Source: a virus | Taxonomy: Duplodnaviria; Caudoviricetes | Virus record (IMG/VR): IMGVR_UViG_3300029258_003280 | Span: 1-55,522 of that record | Reading direction: 5' to 3' (one strand) | DNA: 55,522 nt | Shown: positions 9,599 through 18,965 of the stretch, one piece after another | Layout: every line of letters begins with the position of its first letter | Position numbering within the stretch: the stretch's first letter is position 1 | Notes under the pieces: generated by a model | Databases searched by the model: none | What the model saw: the letters and a program-made list of their open reading frames with translations, nothing else | What the model was told of the DNA's origin: nothing | Position numbers and translations under genes: made by a program

Positions 9599-9603
9599 CC
9601 AGC

Positions 9604-9819
9604 ATGCAAGAAGACTACAAAGCGATGTTAAAAGCAACCAACCTTAAGGGCGCTCTAATATCACTTAAGGAAGCTTCAATGCATCTGGAAAGGGCCGGGG
9701 AAACGGCCCTTCTTAAACAATGTAAGAAACTCGGCAAAGACATAGTAAAAAGAGCCTATGACGAGTTTCATGAAAAATATCCTAACCTGTGGCGAGGACT
9801 CGAAGGAGAAGAAAGATGA
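9604..9819 (+). CDS. Hypothetical protein
   Basis: Operon packing, helical. Confidence 0.55.
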   Translation: MQEDYKAMLKATNLKGALISLKEASMHLERAGETALLKQCKKLGKDIVKRAYDEFHEKYPNLWRGLEGEER

Positions 9820-10130
9820 ATTGGATAGCCGAAAATTACATGGCCATGATATTTCTTGTGACAACCGCGATGTCGCTAATAATCGCCGTACTCAACCACA
9901 TCGGCAAGAAAAAGACGGCCGCGAAGGTGCAGGCCTTTAAGGACATCCTCCATCAGACTTTCGGCAATGTTGAAAGCCTCAAGGTCAAGTGGAAGGAAAG
10001 CGGCCTTGAAGACAAGTATGGCCGTATAGGCAGTATCTTCGCCGAGATAAACAAACAATCCGATATCGAGGAAGTTTTAAGAAAGGCCTACGAGGAATGG
10101 GCCAAGCAGCAAGGAATCAAGGTAAAATGA
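9816..10130 (+). CDS. Single-TM membrane protein (holin-like candidate)
   Basis: ATG 9816 overlaps the upstream stop; MNWIAENY followed by a TM segment and a basic stretch. Confidence 0.5.
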   Translation: MNWIAENYMAMIFLVTTAMSLIIAVLNHIGKKKTAAKVQAFKDILHQTFGNVESLKVKWKESGLEDKYGRIGSIFAEINKQSDIEEVLRKAYEEWAKQQGIKVK

Positions 10131-10170
10131 AGATATACTTTTTAAGACAGGATGTTTAAGGAGGTTAGTT

Positions 10171-10452
10171 ATGAAGAGGCTTTGTATGATAATGATATTG
10201 GCCCTTACTTGCTGCGCTTGCGCTCCTCTGATGCACAGGACGGTAGCCGAGCAGACGGTCAGGCTCGACAAGAACTTACACGAGCTCCTTCCGGGGTACA
10301 GGCTTGTACTTAATGACGAGCTCGAAGAGGCCGAAAAGCTCCCGGATGGGCCGGTCGAAGATATAAAGCATGATATATTGCTTCTCGATGCGACCCTGCT
10401 ATTGAGCGAAGACATGAGAAAAACGGCGGACTTGACCCTTAAGGAAAAATAG
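10171..10452 (+). CDS. Putative lipoprotein
   Basis: MKR plus hydrophobic core plus Cys lipobox-like ALTCCAC; AGGAGG RBS. Confidence 0.55.
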   Translation: MKRLCMIMILALTCCACAPLMHRTVAEQTVRLDKNLHELLPGYRLVLNDELEEAEKLPDGPVEDIKHDILLLDATLLLSEDMRKTADLTLKEK

Positions 10453-11712
10453 ATGGCTAAGGCTCCGAAAGTCAGGATTACATATTATGACGAGTATAGT
10501 CGCGAGATGGACTATACCATCGGCAAAAACCGGTACAGGGCTCACGGCATCGAAAAGCTTTTTTACAATGATATAATAAATCTTATAGACCGTAAAAAGT
10601 ATGGAGATGCGATAAAGCTGCTGCGGAAAATAAAGCAATACCAGAAACTCCCGGAGGGAAAAATGGACAATCCAGTTGACAGGGCGGTAGAATGTGCGAT
10701 GAATCAATTCGGCGCGAATCCCCTTAACCAGAGCGAATTCAACAACAAAATCGAGAGGGTTCAAGTCCATCTCGACAAGGGAAAGTCGCTGCTTCGTTCC
10801 GGGCAGGCGCATCTCGCCGAAGAAGAGGCCTATCAGGGTCTCGGACTGCTCGAAGGGGTCGAGGCCGAGGCCGCCTCGATAATGGGCACGAGCGGAGAAA
10901 AGCGCCGTATCGTTCACGAGCTTCGCGCTTCGCTCAACAAGCTCATCGGCCACTCCGATGAAAGGCAGGGTCGAGCTCCTAATCCGCTTACCCAGAATGA
11001 ATATGACAGTCTTCTTGACATGATTATTCATACCGTTGATTTGGCCGAAAAGGAATACAAATGGGGTAATATAGCCGATGCAGTCGAGCGGATTAACTAC
11101 GCCGATGGCTTGATGGGGGCCGCCTACGGCGCGATACTAAAGCCCGGAGTTAAAACCAAGGAGAAATTCAGGGGAGTAAACAACAGGCTAAGGGCCCTGC
11201 AAAAGACATTGCGTGTCAAGTATCTTCCCAAGAAAAAGAATCCGGATGATTGGCAGCATCCGAGCTTGGGCTCTTCCGATATCGCCCCGGGTTACTTTAT
11301 AAATGTTCATGGAGCTCCCGGGTTAATGGTTGGCTATGAGTTCGAGGGTTATGACAGGCCCAGATGGGAAGAAAAACCCTCGCACCCACATCCCCATTAC
11401 AAGCTTATAGTCCTGCATGGCAAGAAGAAACAGACCTTCAACTATTGGGGGAGCCGACATGATTACGACATTGGTAAAAAGACCCTCTCGGAGATTGAGC
11501 TTGTCGAGGCGTTTACCATGCTTCTGGAAGATATCCGGGCGTCCAAGTTGACATTAAAAGACTTCGCCCTCGAATTCGGCTATGTTACTCAGGCGGCGGC
11601 CACAGCGACATGGAAAGCCTGTAAGACTATTCACGAAAAATGGAAGAAGCTCAACTACAGAAGGGGCTTAAGCAATACCATAAATGACATAAGAGACCAT
11701 TACGACCTTTAG
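10453..11712 (+). CDS. Multidomain protein with NP-delimited modules
   Basis: Four NP motifs (MDNP, GANP, APNP, KKNP); two helical modules begin NPL(N/T)Q.E. Confidence 0.7.
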   Translation: MAKAPKVRITYYDEYSREMDYTIGKNRYRAHGIEKLFYNDIINLIDRKKYGDAIKLLRKIKQYQKLPEGKMDNPVDRAVECAMNQFGANPLNQSEFNNKIERVQVHLDKGKSLLRSGQAHLAEEEAYQGLGLLEGVEAEAASIMGTSGEKRRIVHELRASLNKLIGHSDERQGRAPNPLTQNEYDSLLDMIIHTVDLAEKEYKWGNIADAVERINYADGLMGAAYGAILKPGVKTKEKFRGVNNRLRALQKTLRVKYLPKKKNPDDWQHPSLGSSDIAPGYFINVHGAPGLMVGYEFEGYDRPRWEEKPSHPHPHYKLIVLHGKKKQTFNYWGSRHDYDIGKKTLSEIELVEAFTMLLEDIRASKLTLKDFALEFGYVTQAAATATWKACKTIHEKWKKLNYRRGLSNTINDIRDHYDL

Positions 11713-11726
11713 AAAGGAGTGTTACT

Positions 11727-12305
11727 ATGCCTATGTTTATAGGACAACAGGGAGGCGGAATGTCGAGCTCGCTCGCGACCGGCAACCCGCAAGCCGAAGA
11801 CAGGAAGGACACCGAGCGGATAGCCCGTTTGGTTGCTATGGCCCGGCAGGGCCAGGGCCAGCTTAGTCTTCCGGAAACAAAGCTTCTCAAGAAGATACAG
11901 CGTGAGCGCGAAAAACATGCCAAGGCTCAAGCCGACTGGCAGCGCAGGGCGGCCGCGCATCGCCAGAAGATAAGCATGCTTCTTGACCAGTTAGAGCAGG
12001 TCAGGAGTCCGCGGCCGGAAGGAAGATTCCAGCAGGCGGCCGCGCAGCCTCGCGTAGTCGGCAAGGGAAACCGCAAAGCCATCTCGAAAGCAAGAGCAAC
12101 CCGAAGAGCACCGGCGCCCGAGCCACCGGCGAGAGTAGCCATGCCTCGCAAGGAAAGAGTCCAGCAGCAGATGCGCCAGCAGTCCAGACGGTTAGCAAAG
12201 AGGAGCATTCCCGCCCAGGCGAAGGCGGCGAGGGGTATCCCCGCCCAGCAGGAAGTGGTCAGGGCTCCGTTGAGAAGAATAAAATCCGTACCGTGGCTCA
12301 GATAG
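11727..12305 (+). CDS. Arg/Gln/Ala-rich basic protein (possible core or DNA-condensing protein)
   Basis: AAGGAG RBS; strongly basic composition. Confidence 0.6.
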   Translation: MPMFIGQQGGGMSSSLATGNPQAEDRKDTERIARLVAMARQGQGQLSLPETKLLKKIQREREKHAKAQADWQRRAAAHRQKISMLLDQLEQVRSPRPEGRFQQAAAQPRVVGKGNRKAISKARATRRAPAPEPPARVAMPRKERVQQQMRQQSRRLAKRSIPAQAKAARGIPAQQEVVRAPLRRIKSVPWLR

Positions 12306-12314
12306 GAGGTATCA

Positions 12315-12686
12315 ATGAGCATTAACACCGAAATTGAAAGGCTTAAAGAGGTTTACGAAACAATAAAGAATGACAAGGAAGCAAAAGCCATTATCAAGGA
12401 AGGCAAGTCGATTATAGATGCCTTCCTTAAGAAAGGCGACAAGGACATCATCGCCAAGTTGACGGGCTACGCCGATGTGGATGAAACCATTGCTCTGGCC
12501 CACAAGGGACAGCAAATGCGCGAAGCATATCAAGCCCGGACTAAGGCGATTCATTTTATAACTAACGTCCTGCAAGTCGTCTCTCGCTTTATGCCCGTAG
12601 TCAAGGAGGCGGCGAAAGCGGCCGACAACATAAGAAAAACGGCGGAAAAAACCGTCAAGAAAAGCCTCAAGAGAAGGAAGAAATAA
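12315..12686 (+). CDS. Lys-rich helical hypothetical protein
   Basis: GGAGG RBS. Confidence 0.65.
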   Translation: MSINTEIERLKEVYETIKNDKEAKAIIKEGKSIIDAFLKKGDKDIIAKLTGYADVDETIALAHKGQQMREAYQARTKAIHFITNVLQVVSRFMPVVKEAAKAADNIRKTAEKTVKKSLKRRKK

Positions 12687-15600
12687 ATGGAAAGCCCTAC
12701 GAAGCTTCATGGTATTCATGTAACAAGCGACCCCCAGCCGGTGCTCGATGTATTGCGAAGCGGCGGCGATATTTCCAAGGGCAGGGTTGAAGGCCTCGTA
12801 GGCGACCTCGGAAGCTCGGGCCTCTATTTCAGCCAGTCTCCCCAGTTGTGGACGGGCCGGGCCTACGGCAAGTGGGAGTTTCTTAAAGGGCTCTCGAAAA
12901 CCCAGCGTGAAAAGCTCGGCGACAAGCTCACAAAAGAGCTCCAAGACGAAAGAAGCTCGGGATATATAACGGAATGGGAGCTCGAAAGCGCGTTAAGATA
13001 CATAGACCAGTATGTAAACCATGACTTTGCGGGCTCTATAGTAATGATTGCGGGGCAACCTTACAACATAGGCTTCTGGAAGGAAAAATGGCTAAGCCCT
13101 CTGGGTATCGAGCAGGCAAGGCCGCCTATGTATATCGAAGTCGAGGCCGAGGGTTTGTTTGCGGACTTGACCGGCATGGCTATAACCCCCGATTTGATAC
13201 AAAAACTCAAGGAAGAAGGATATGACGGCGCTTACCACCGTGGCGATATGATTAACCTGCCTCAAAGCGTTGTCTGGAATACCAATGCCATAACCAAATT
13301 CGGGGAGATGTCATTCGCTCACAATCCGGCTTACTGGCCTATCTTCGCGGCCGGGATAGCTTCCGGGGTGGCAAGCGGCGCGGCCTTCGCTATTACCGGT
13401 TATGCCCTCAATAAATACGCCAGCAATCCCGAAATTAAGGTTTACAAAGGGGCTCTCGGGACTCCTGCGGTCGATTGGCCCGATGGTAAGACTTACATGT
13501 TGTCATACAGGAGTTGGGATGGGGCCTATGTCTTCGTTGACCCCGATACGAAACGTAGGCTTGAATTTGCTCCGCCCGAGGGCCGTAAATGGGAAACAAG
13601 CCCGATGGCCCCGGGTAAGCGGCCGGGATTTTCCCGGGTACAGAGACCGGGAGAATGGGTTTATGACCCGGCAGCGCGAAAGGTTTACAGGAGACCGGCC
13701 GACAATCCGGAGATGGTATCCCCGCATCCGGAAGAGGTCGAGCACCTCAGCGAGCAGGTGAAATTACTCTGGCAGAAAGCATGCGAATGGGAAGGAATCC
13801 CCCCGGACAGCAAGGTTGTAATATTCAGCAAGGACAATCCATACAATGATGCCTACAATAAGGCGATGACACAATACATGAAAACAAGAAAAGAGTTTTA
13901 CAAGGCGGTCGGCAAGCTCTTTGAGCGAAAGCGAGAGGAAAGAATGGACAATCCTATAGACGATTACAAGGGTTTTCGCGCTTGGATTACTCCCATCCCG
14001 GAAGAGAAAAGCGAAGGAAAATGGGATTGGGATGTAAAAGTCCAGCGCCTAAGCGATGGCAAGACAAAGACATTAAAGGTTTCCGGTGGCTGGCAAGTCG
14101 CCGAGAGCTACGTCCGGCAACTAATGGATGAGCTCGGCGAAGACGGCTATGCCAAAAACCCGACAACCAAACAGCCTTGGGAGATGACATATAGAGAGCT
14201 TAGAAACAAACTCGAAGAACTTGAAATGGGAAGCTTAACAGATTTTAATGAATCTAACATTGTAATATCAATGCCGGAAATAGTTATATCCCCGGGCAGA
14301 ATCGACTATACGGGGTTGTCGGCTGCTCATAGGTCGGCGATATCAAGAGCCCTCTCTCAGGGTTTTCAGGTGCCAGCAAAGGTGTTAAGGGAATATAAAG
14401 AAAACCCATCACGTAATGTTTTGCAGGTTTGGGCCGAAGATTTACATCCATCTCAAGCCAAAAAAGCCATTGATGGATGGGCATATGTATTTTGCTATAA
14501 TACTTGGGATATGCGCGGGCCGATTATAACCACCAAACTTGCAAGCCAAGCTTTGCCAGGAAGCGACATTGAATTCTTTCAGAAAAAGTTCGGTCGTCAC
14601 AAGTTTCGTGTCGTGAAAGCCCCGACCGCCAGCAATCCTAAATACATGAAATTCAAAGACCTGGACAAGGGTGCCGTTTTTATCTTCGCATCGGAAAAAG
14701 AATTTCCATATAGCGGCATGGCCAAGGGGCCTTGGAAGAAAATATCATCGAAAAAATACATTCTCGAAGATGAGCCATCGGTAGAGCACCAGGTGGGGAG
14801 CGTAAATGCCGAAGTTATACCCTACCACCAGGCCCGGAAAGGCTATATAGCGCCTTCAGAGCTACCGCCCGCAGGCCGTACAATCCAATTCTACGAAGGC
14901 GGCAGGCTTTTTACGGGCAGGGTAGTAGAGCAGGAACCGGAACTCGACGCCGTGCGGGTAGTTCCGGATACGGACAAGCATGCATTGTGGCTGATAAGCA
15001 GGGTAATGATAGTGGGCTCATACGCCAGCAATCCTCTCAATACGCAAGAAACCGCCGAGCTCGTGCATCTGGCCCGGATAGCTCTTGATACAGCGAAAAA
15101 AAATGTCAAAGGCAAACAATGGTCGATAGTAGCTTTTTATATAGGCGCAGCAGATGCCAACATCGAAGCCGCTTACCAGCATGGACTCGAAAAAACACAT
15201 ATGTCTAAAGAACTATTTGATGAGATAAGGCGCATGCGCAAGGAAATAAAAGACTTTCAAAAAGAACATTCAAGAGCACTGCTCGGTCTCACCAGCAACC
15301 CCGAAAAACCCGGCGTAGTTTGGCCGGTGGGTGCGAAGTTGTATGATAAGCAGGGTAAGTTGGTAGGGGTATGCCTCGATACGCCGAATGCTATAGCTAA
15401 GGCAATGATGGAGCATCCGGAAATAGAAGCCGCTCATACTCTTCTCGGTGTTAAAACGCGAGAGGACTACGTAAGCAGAATGCAGCCTTGGAATACAGCT
15501 AAAAGCCATTTTAAGGCAATGGCCGAAAACCCGGAGGGGTATCAGGGCTGGAAAAACTACGAAACATGGAACGTGGCCCTCTGGATGGGCAACGATGAAT

Positions 15601-17243
15601 TCTGGTATGATGTGGCAAAACATTCCCTCGATTACAGGCGCTTCAAAAATGCGATGATAAATCGTCATGGAATAACCGAGACCCCGGACGGCGTAAAGCT
15701 ACGCAGTCAAAAGCTCGACCGTAAGGCGCTTGACGAGCTCATCCTCGACCTCGGCGGCGGGAAAAAAGCCATAGAAAAACGCAAGCTCGAAAAGAGACGC
15801 GCCGCAAGAGAAGCAAAAGCCCAAACCGGTAAATATGCGCTCTTGAAGGACAACAAGGTTATCTTCGAGGGCACCAAAAACGAATGTCTTGCTTTTCTAC
15901 AAAGGCACCAGGGCCGGTCATGGGATTACGCCTTCAAATACGGCGGATACAGGCTCATCCCCATAAAAGACCTCCCGCCCGACGTCATTCGCATACCCAA
16001 GGGAATGACATCCGAAGGCTTCGTTTACAATCCTCAAAACACGCCTTGGGGAAAGGCCCAGAACCAGACAAAGCTCGCCAAGGGCGTTACCTGGGTTAGC
16101 ACTTCGAGGCACGGCGGGATGATGGTATCGGAAGGATATGCCAACAGGAATCTCAGTATCGCGGCCCGGAAACGGGCTCTCCGATACGGCAAGTATTATT
16201 GCTATGAGGAAGACGATGCCTGGATGATACCGGCATGGGAGCTCCCCCAAGTTTGGGATGAACTTTTCAAATACATGGAGCCCTCCAACTACAAGGAGAG
16301 GAAACTTTATCTTCTCGAAGGGTTGTCACGCTGGAATGCGGACTATCTTCTCGATATTCATGAAACTCCCATCCAGCCGCAATATGACCTATGGCGAGCC
16401 AAGCAAGCCGAAGAGAAATTGAGGCAGATGCAGCATCCCAATCTCATCACGGCTGCCAAACGGACAAGCGACCCCCACATCACTCAGGTATGGACGGCCG
16501 ATGGCGAAACTCATTTTGTTACCGCGAAAAGCTATTCGGAAAAATACCATCCCCAATACCCGACTTATCTAACCGACATGGAGATTGCCCATCCTCCTAC
16601 GCCGAAAGCGATGGGCCCGGCAGACTTCGTGTATAATCCCAAGAAAGCAGGCGGCCTCTACCAATACCGCGAACTCTACAGGAAGAAAAACAACTACATA
16701 CTTTATACAACCATAGGGGGCTTGGGTTGGTCTCGAAGCCGAAGAGACATATATGAGCCTATGGGGTATCCGGGCAAAATAGAGGTCGTGATAGGAAACA
16801 AAAAAGGCGACATAGTTTATGTCGATTCCGCCTATCTCAAGTCAACCAAAAACATTACCTTGAAAAACATTTCCTACTATGACAAAAGCACCATACCTCT
16901 GTACATGCAAAAAGAGGTCGTTAAAATATTCAAGGAGTTTGCCGGGAAAAGCAAGCCGCGCAAAGCCATCAGGGAACTAATGTCGATGGGCGAGTATCCG
17001 ACCGCTTTTCATAAGGAATTCAGCAGCAACCCCCAAAAACATCCCGACGAGATGACTCTGGCAGAGCATGCGGAAGCGTGGTGGCGCGAGCAGGGCAAGA
17101 AGGTGCCGAGACGCAACACTAAGAAATGGAAAAAAATGTATGAAAAATGGGTTGCCTTTGCCTTTAAGGATTTCGGCAAGAATCCGCCCCGGGGCAGGAC
17201 TACAAAAACCTATGGCGGCAAGGGCGGCGCATTACCCAGATAA
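12687..17243 (+). CDS. Large polyvalent-type multidomain protein: N-terminal ADP-ribosyltransferase-like domain, DUF7007-like domain, 15 NP motifs
   Basis: 1518 aa; H..S..G.G.GLYFS..GYDG..QSVVW pattern at the N-terminus; TPWG..Q....GV.WVST..HGG..YEED..W module; GWKNYETWNVALW module. Confidence 0.7.
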   Translation: MESPTKLHGIHVTSDPQPVLDVLRSGGDISKGRVEGLVGDLGSSGLYFSQSPQLWTGRAYGKWEFLKGLSKTQREKLGDKLTKELQDERSSGYITEWELESALRYIDQYVNHDFAGSIVMIAGQPYNIGFWKEKWLSPLGIEQARPPMYIEVEAEGLFADLTGMAITPDLIQKLKEEGYDGAYHRGDMINLPQSVVWNTNAITKFGEMSFAHNPAYWPIFAAGIASGVASGAAFAITGYALNKYASNPEIKVYKGALGTPAVDWPDGKTYMLSYRSWDGAYVFVDPDTKRRLEFAPPEGRKWETSPMAPGKRPGFSRVQRPGEWVYDPAARKVYRRPADNPEMVSPHPEEVEHLSEQVKLLWQKACEWEGIPPDSKVVIFSKDNPYNDAYNKAMTQYMKTRKEFYKAVGKLFERKREERMDNPIDDYKGFRAWITPIPEEKSEGKWDWDVKVQRLSDGKTKTLKVSGGWQVAESYVRQLMDELGEDGYAKNPTTKQPWEMTYRELRNKLEELEMGSLTDFNESNIVISMPEIVISPGRIDYTGLSAAHRSAISRALSQGFQVPAKVLREYKENPSRNVLQVWAEDLHPSQAKKAIDGWAYVFCYNTWDMRGPIITTKLASQALPGSDIEFFQKKFGRHKFRVVKAPTASNPKYMKFKDLDKGAVFIFASEKEFPYSGMAKGPWKKISSKKYILEDEPSVEHQVGSVNAEVIPYHQARKGYIAPSELPPAGRTIQFYEGGRLFTGRVVEQEPELDAVRVVPDTDKHALWLISRVMIVGSYASNPLNTQETAELVHLARIALDTAKKNVKGKQWSIVAFYIGAADANIEAAYQHGLEKTHMSKELFDEIRRMRKEIKDFQKEHSRALLGLTSNPEKPGVVWPVGAKLYDKQGKLVGVCLDTPNAIAKAMMEHPEIEAAHTLLGVKTREDYVSRMQPWNTAKSHFKAMAENPEGYQGWKNYETWNVALWMGNDEFWYDVAKHSLDYRRFKNAMINRHGITETPDGVKLRSQKLDRKALDELILDLGGGKKAIEKRKLEKRRAAREAKAQTGKYALLKDNKVIFEGTKNECLAFLQRHQGRSWDYAFKYGGYRLIPIKDLPPDVIRIPKGMTSEGFVYNPQNTPWGKAQNQTKLAKGVTWVSTSRHGGMMVSEGYANRNLSIAARKRALRYGKYYCYEEDDAWMIPAWELPQVWDELFKYMEPSNYKERKLYLLEGLSRWNADYLLDIHETPIQPQYDLWRAKQAEEKLRQMQHPNLITAAKRTSDPHITQVWTADGETHFVTAKSYSEKYHPQYPTYLTDMEIAHPPTPKAMGPADFVYNPKKAGGLYQYRELYRKKNNYILYTTIGGLGWSRSRRDIYEPMGYPGKIEVVIGNKKGDIVYVDSAYLKSTKNITLKNISYYDKSTIPLYMQKEVVKIFKEFAGKSKPRKAIRELMSMGEYPTAFHKEFSSNPQKHPDEMTLAEHAEAWWREQGKKVPRRNTKKWKKMYEKWVAFAFKDFGKNPPRGRTTKTYGGKGGALPR

Positions 17244-17247
17244 GTCC

Positions 17248-17275
17248 TTGACAGGCGGCCGATTTGAGTTATACT
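17248..17275 (+). promoter_or_regulatory. Near-consensus sigma70 promoter
   Basis: TTGACA(17248-17253), 16-nt spacer, TATACT(17270-17275). Confidence 0.65.
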
Positions 17276-17281
17276 TTATTA

Positions 17282-17378
17282 CTCAAAGCGACAGGCTTGT
17301 TTTCCGGAGGCGTCATGTGAGTTTTGAGCAACTAGCTAGTTGGCTGGAAGGAAAAGGCCGGTAAAACCGGCCTTTTTT
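17282..17378 (+). ncRNA. Putative small RNA of about 95 nt
   Basis: Bounded by the promoter above and the terminator below; CTCAAA/TTTGAG stem and CAACTAGCTAGTTG palindrome; no usable ORF. Confidence 0.5.
17352..17378. terminator. Bidirectional intrinsic terminator where the two genome arms converge
   Basis: AAAAGGCCGGT-AAA-ACCGGCCTTTTTT. Confidence 0.85.
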
Positions 17379-17415
17379 ATATCGATATCGAATTGTAGCC
17401 AACGCTATAATTAGT

Positions 17416-17640
17416 TTAAGCCTTTTTTGGCAGCGGTATTTCTTCCGTCCAGTCGTTTTTAGAACCTTTTTTATAACCCTTACATTGAAATACCGGACAT
17501 GGGTAGTTTGGGTCAAATCCCTCAAAAAACCAGACATGGTTGGTGTGACCACGCCTCCAAGCACATGCAATATTGGCCGAGCCGGGAACTTTCATTTTAT
17601 TTTTACAGTCCCAACACAACACCCGTTTTTTAGACATCAT
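17416..17640 (-). CDS. Small Cys-rich hypothetical protein
   Basis: CxxC and further Cys; purine-rich RBS. Confidence 0.55.
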   Translation of the reverse strand: MMSKKRVLCWDCKNKMKVPGSANIACAWRRGHTNHVWFFEGFDPNYPCPVFQCKGYKKGSKNDWTEEIPLPKKA

Positions 17641-17657
17641 TCCCCCTTCTCTTAATC

Positions 17658-18563
17658 TTAGGAGCTCTCTTCCACGACAGGCTCCGCCTCATCTATAAAA
17701 AGATTGCGCTGCATCTCCCCCTCGGGGATATCGTAGTTGCCTATCACGAGCTCGGTTACACGCTTCCCCTCGGTGAAGACGTTCTCGGAAGTGTAGATGG
17801 TGGGTACTTCTCTTATCGTAAAATCTTTATACATTTCTCTGGCTTCCTCGCAGTCATCTATACTGAGCATCCAGTACCCCTTGAACTTTGCTAATATGGC
17901 CGCAAGGTCTTCATGGTCTTTCATGGTAAAGTCGTTGGCATAACAGGCAACCGGATGCTTGGTGACACAGAAATATGGCGGGTCGCAATAAGCGAAGACT
18001 CGCCGCTTCTTAGTCTTCTTTGTGGCCTTCTTGTTGACGATTTTGAGGAATTCCCGGAAGTCCCTGTTTTCAATTATAACATCCTTAAGCCGCTCGAAGA
18101 CTCCCTGCCAATCTACGCCGTAAAAACCCGTCATTTTATCGGTGCCAACAGTAGAGCCCCATACCTCTTCGCCCGTAAAAAGTCTCATCGTACCGAACGA
18201 GCTTTTAATCAGGTAGTAAGCCATCGCGGCCCGGATATAAGGCGTAATGTCTTTGTAGGTCTCGGGGTCGCTCAGGGCCTCTCGATACTCATAAAATAGA
18301 GCTCTACTTTTTGGGTGAAAGGTCAGATACGAAACAAATTTCTCATGGAGCTCCGGGTCTTTGACCACCTTCCAGAGGTTAATCAGGAGGTCATCGACAT
18401 CACATACCCATTCCTGCTTGCTCTCTTTCTTCCAGAAGAGAAGATGGCCCGCTCCCAGAAATGGCTCTACATAGATATCATGCGGCGGGAACATAGTAAC
18501 AAGTTTGCGCTTGAGACGATTCTTACCCCCAATCCAGCTTAGCGGTGTTTCGATTTTTGACAT
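17658..18563 (-). CDS. DNA adenine methyltransferase, D12/Dam family
   Basis: WIGGK, YVEPFLGAG and YCDPPY motifs. Confidence 0.9.
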   Translation of the reverse strand: MSKIETPLSWIGGKNRLKRKLVTMFPPHDIYVEPFLGAGHLLFWKKESKQEWVCDVDDLLINLWKVVKDPELHEKFVSYLTFHPKSRALFYEYREALSDPETYKDITPYIRAAMAYYLIKSSFGTMRLFTGEEVWGSTVGTDKMTGFYGVDWQGVFERLKDVIIENRDFREFLKIVNKKATKKTKKRRVFAYCDPPYFCVTKHPVACYANDFTMKDHEDLAAILAKFKGYWMLSIDDCEEAREMYKDFTIREVPTIYTSENVFTEGKRVTELVIGNYDIPEGEMQRNLFIDEAEPVVEESS

Positions 18564-18695
18564 AGCTAACCTTTCAAATCGTTACAGGAGCGGGCCCTTG
18601 CGAGCGAAGCGAGCATGATTGCGCGGCTTGCCGCGCTCCACTTTCCCCTCTCCTCTCCGAACCCCTCTCCCCCTTTTTATTTTTATCATCCAAAG

Positions 18696-18717
18696 AATAA
18701 CCCCGCTAATACCGCAA
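18696..18717. repeat. Distal copy of the replication iteron
   Basis: AATAACCCCGCTAATACCGCAA has two 20-bp inverted matches, to 39872-39891 and 40057-40076. Confidence 0.7.
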
Positions 18718-18770
18718 CCAACCCCTGTTTTTAGGCTCAAATAGCCTACATGATTAAAAAAATAGAGTAC

Positions 18771-18959
18771 CTAATCCTCTTCGGGCTCTTTTGGTAATGT
18801 AAGCAGTTTTTTCAGGCTCCCGGGAACGGGCGGCCCGGCTACAATAATACCATCATCTAAGGTTCTCGGATTGTCATAAAACCACGGCCACAAAATAAAT
18901 TTTCTGAGCCATTCCCTTTCCTCGGGAAAACCCATCGGCATAAATCTTCTCGGGGTCAT
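18771..18959 (-). CDS. Hypothetical protein
   Basis: Tiles the minus-strand operon. Confidence 0.45.
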   Translation of the reverse strand: MTPRRFMPMGFPEEREWLRKFILWPWFYDNPRTLDDGIIVAGPPVPGSLKKLLTLPKEPEED

Positions 18960-18965
18960 AAGTTT

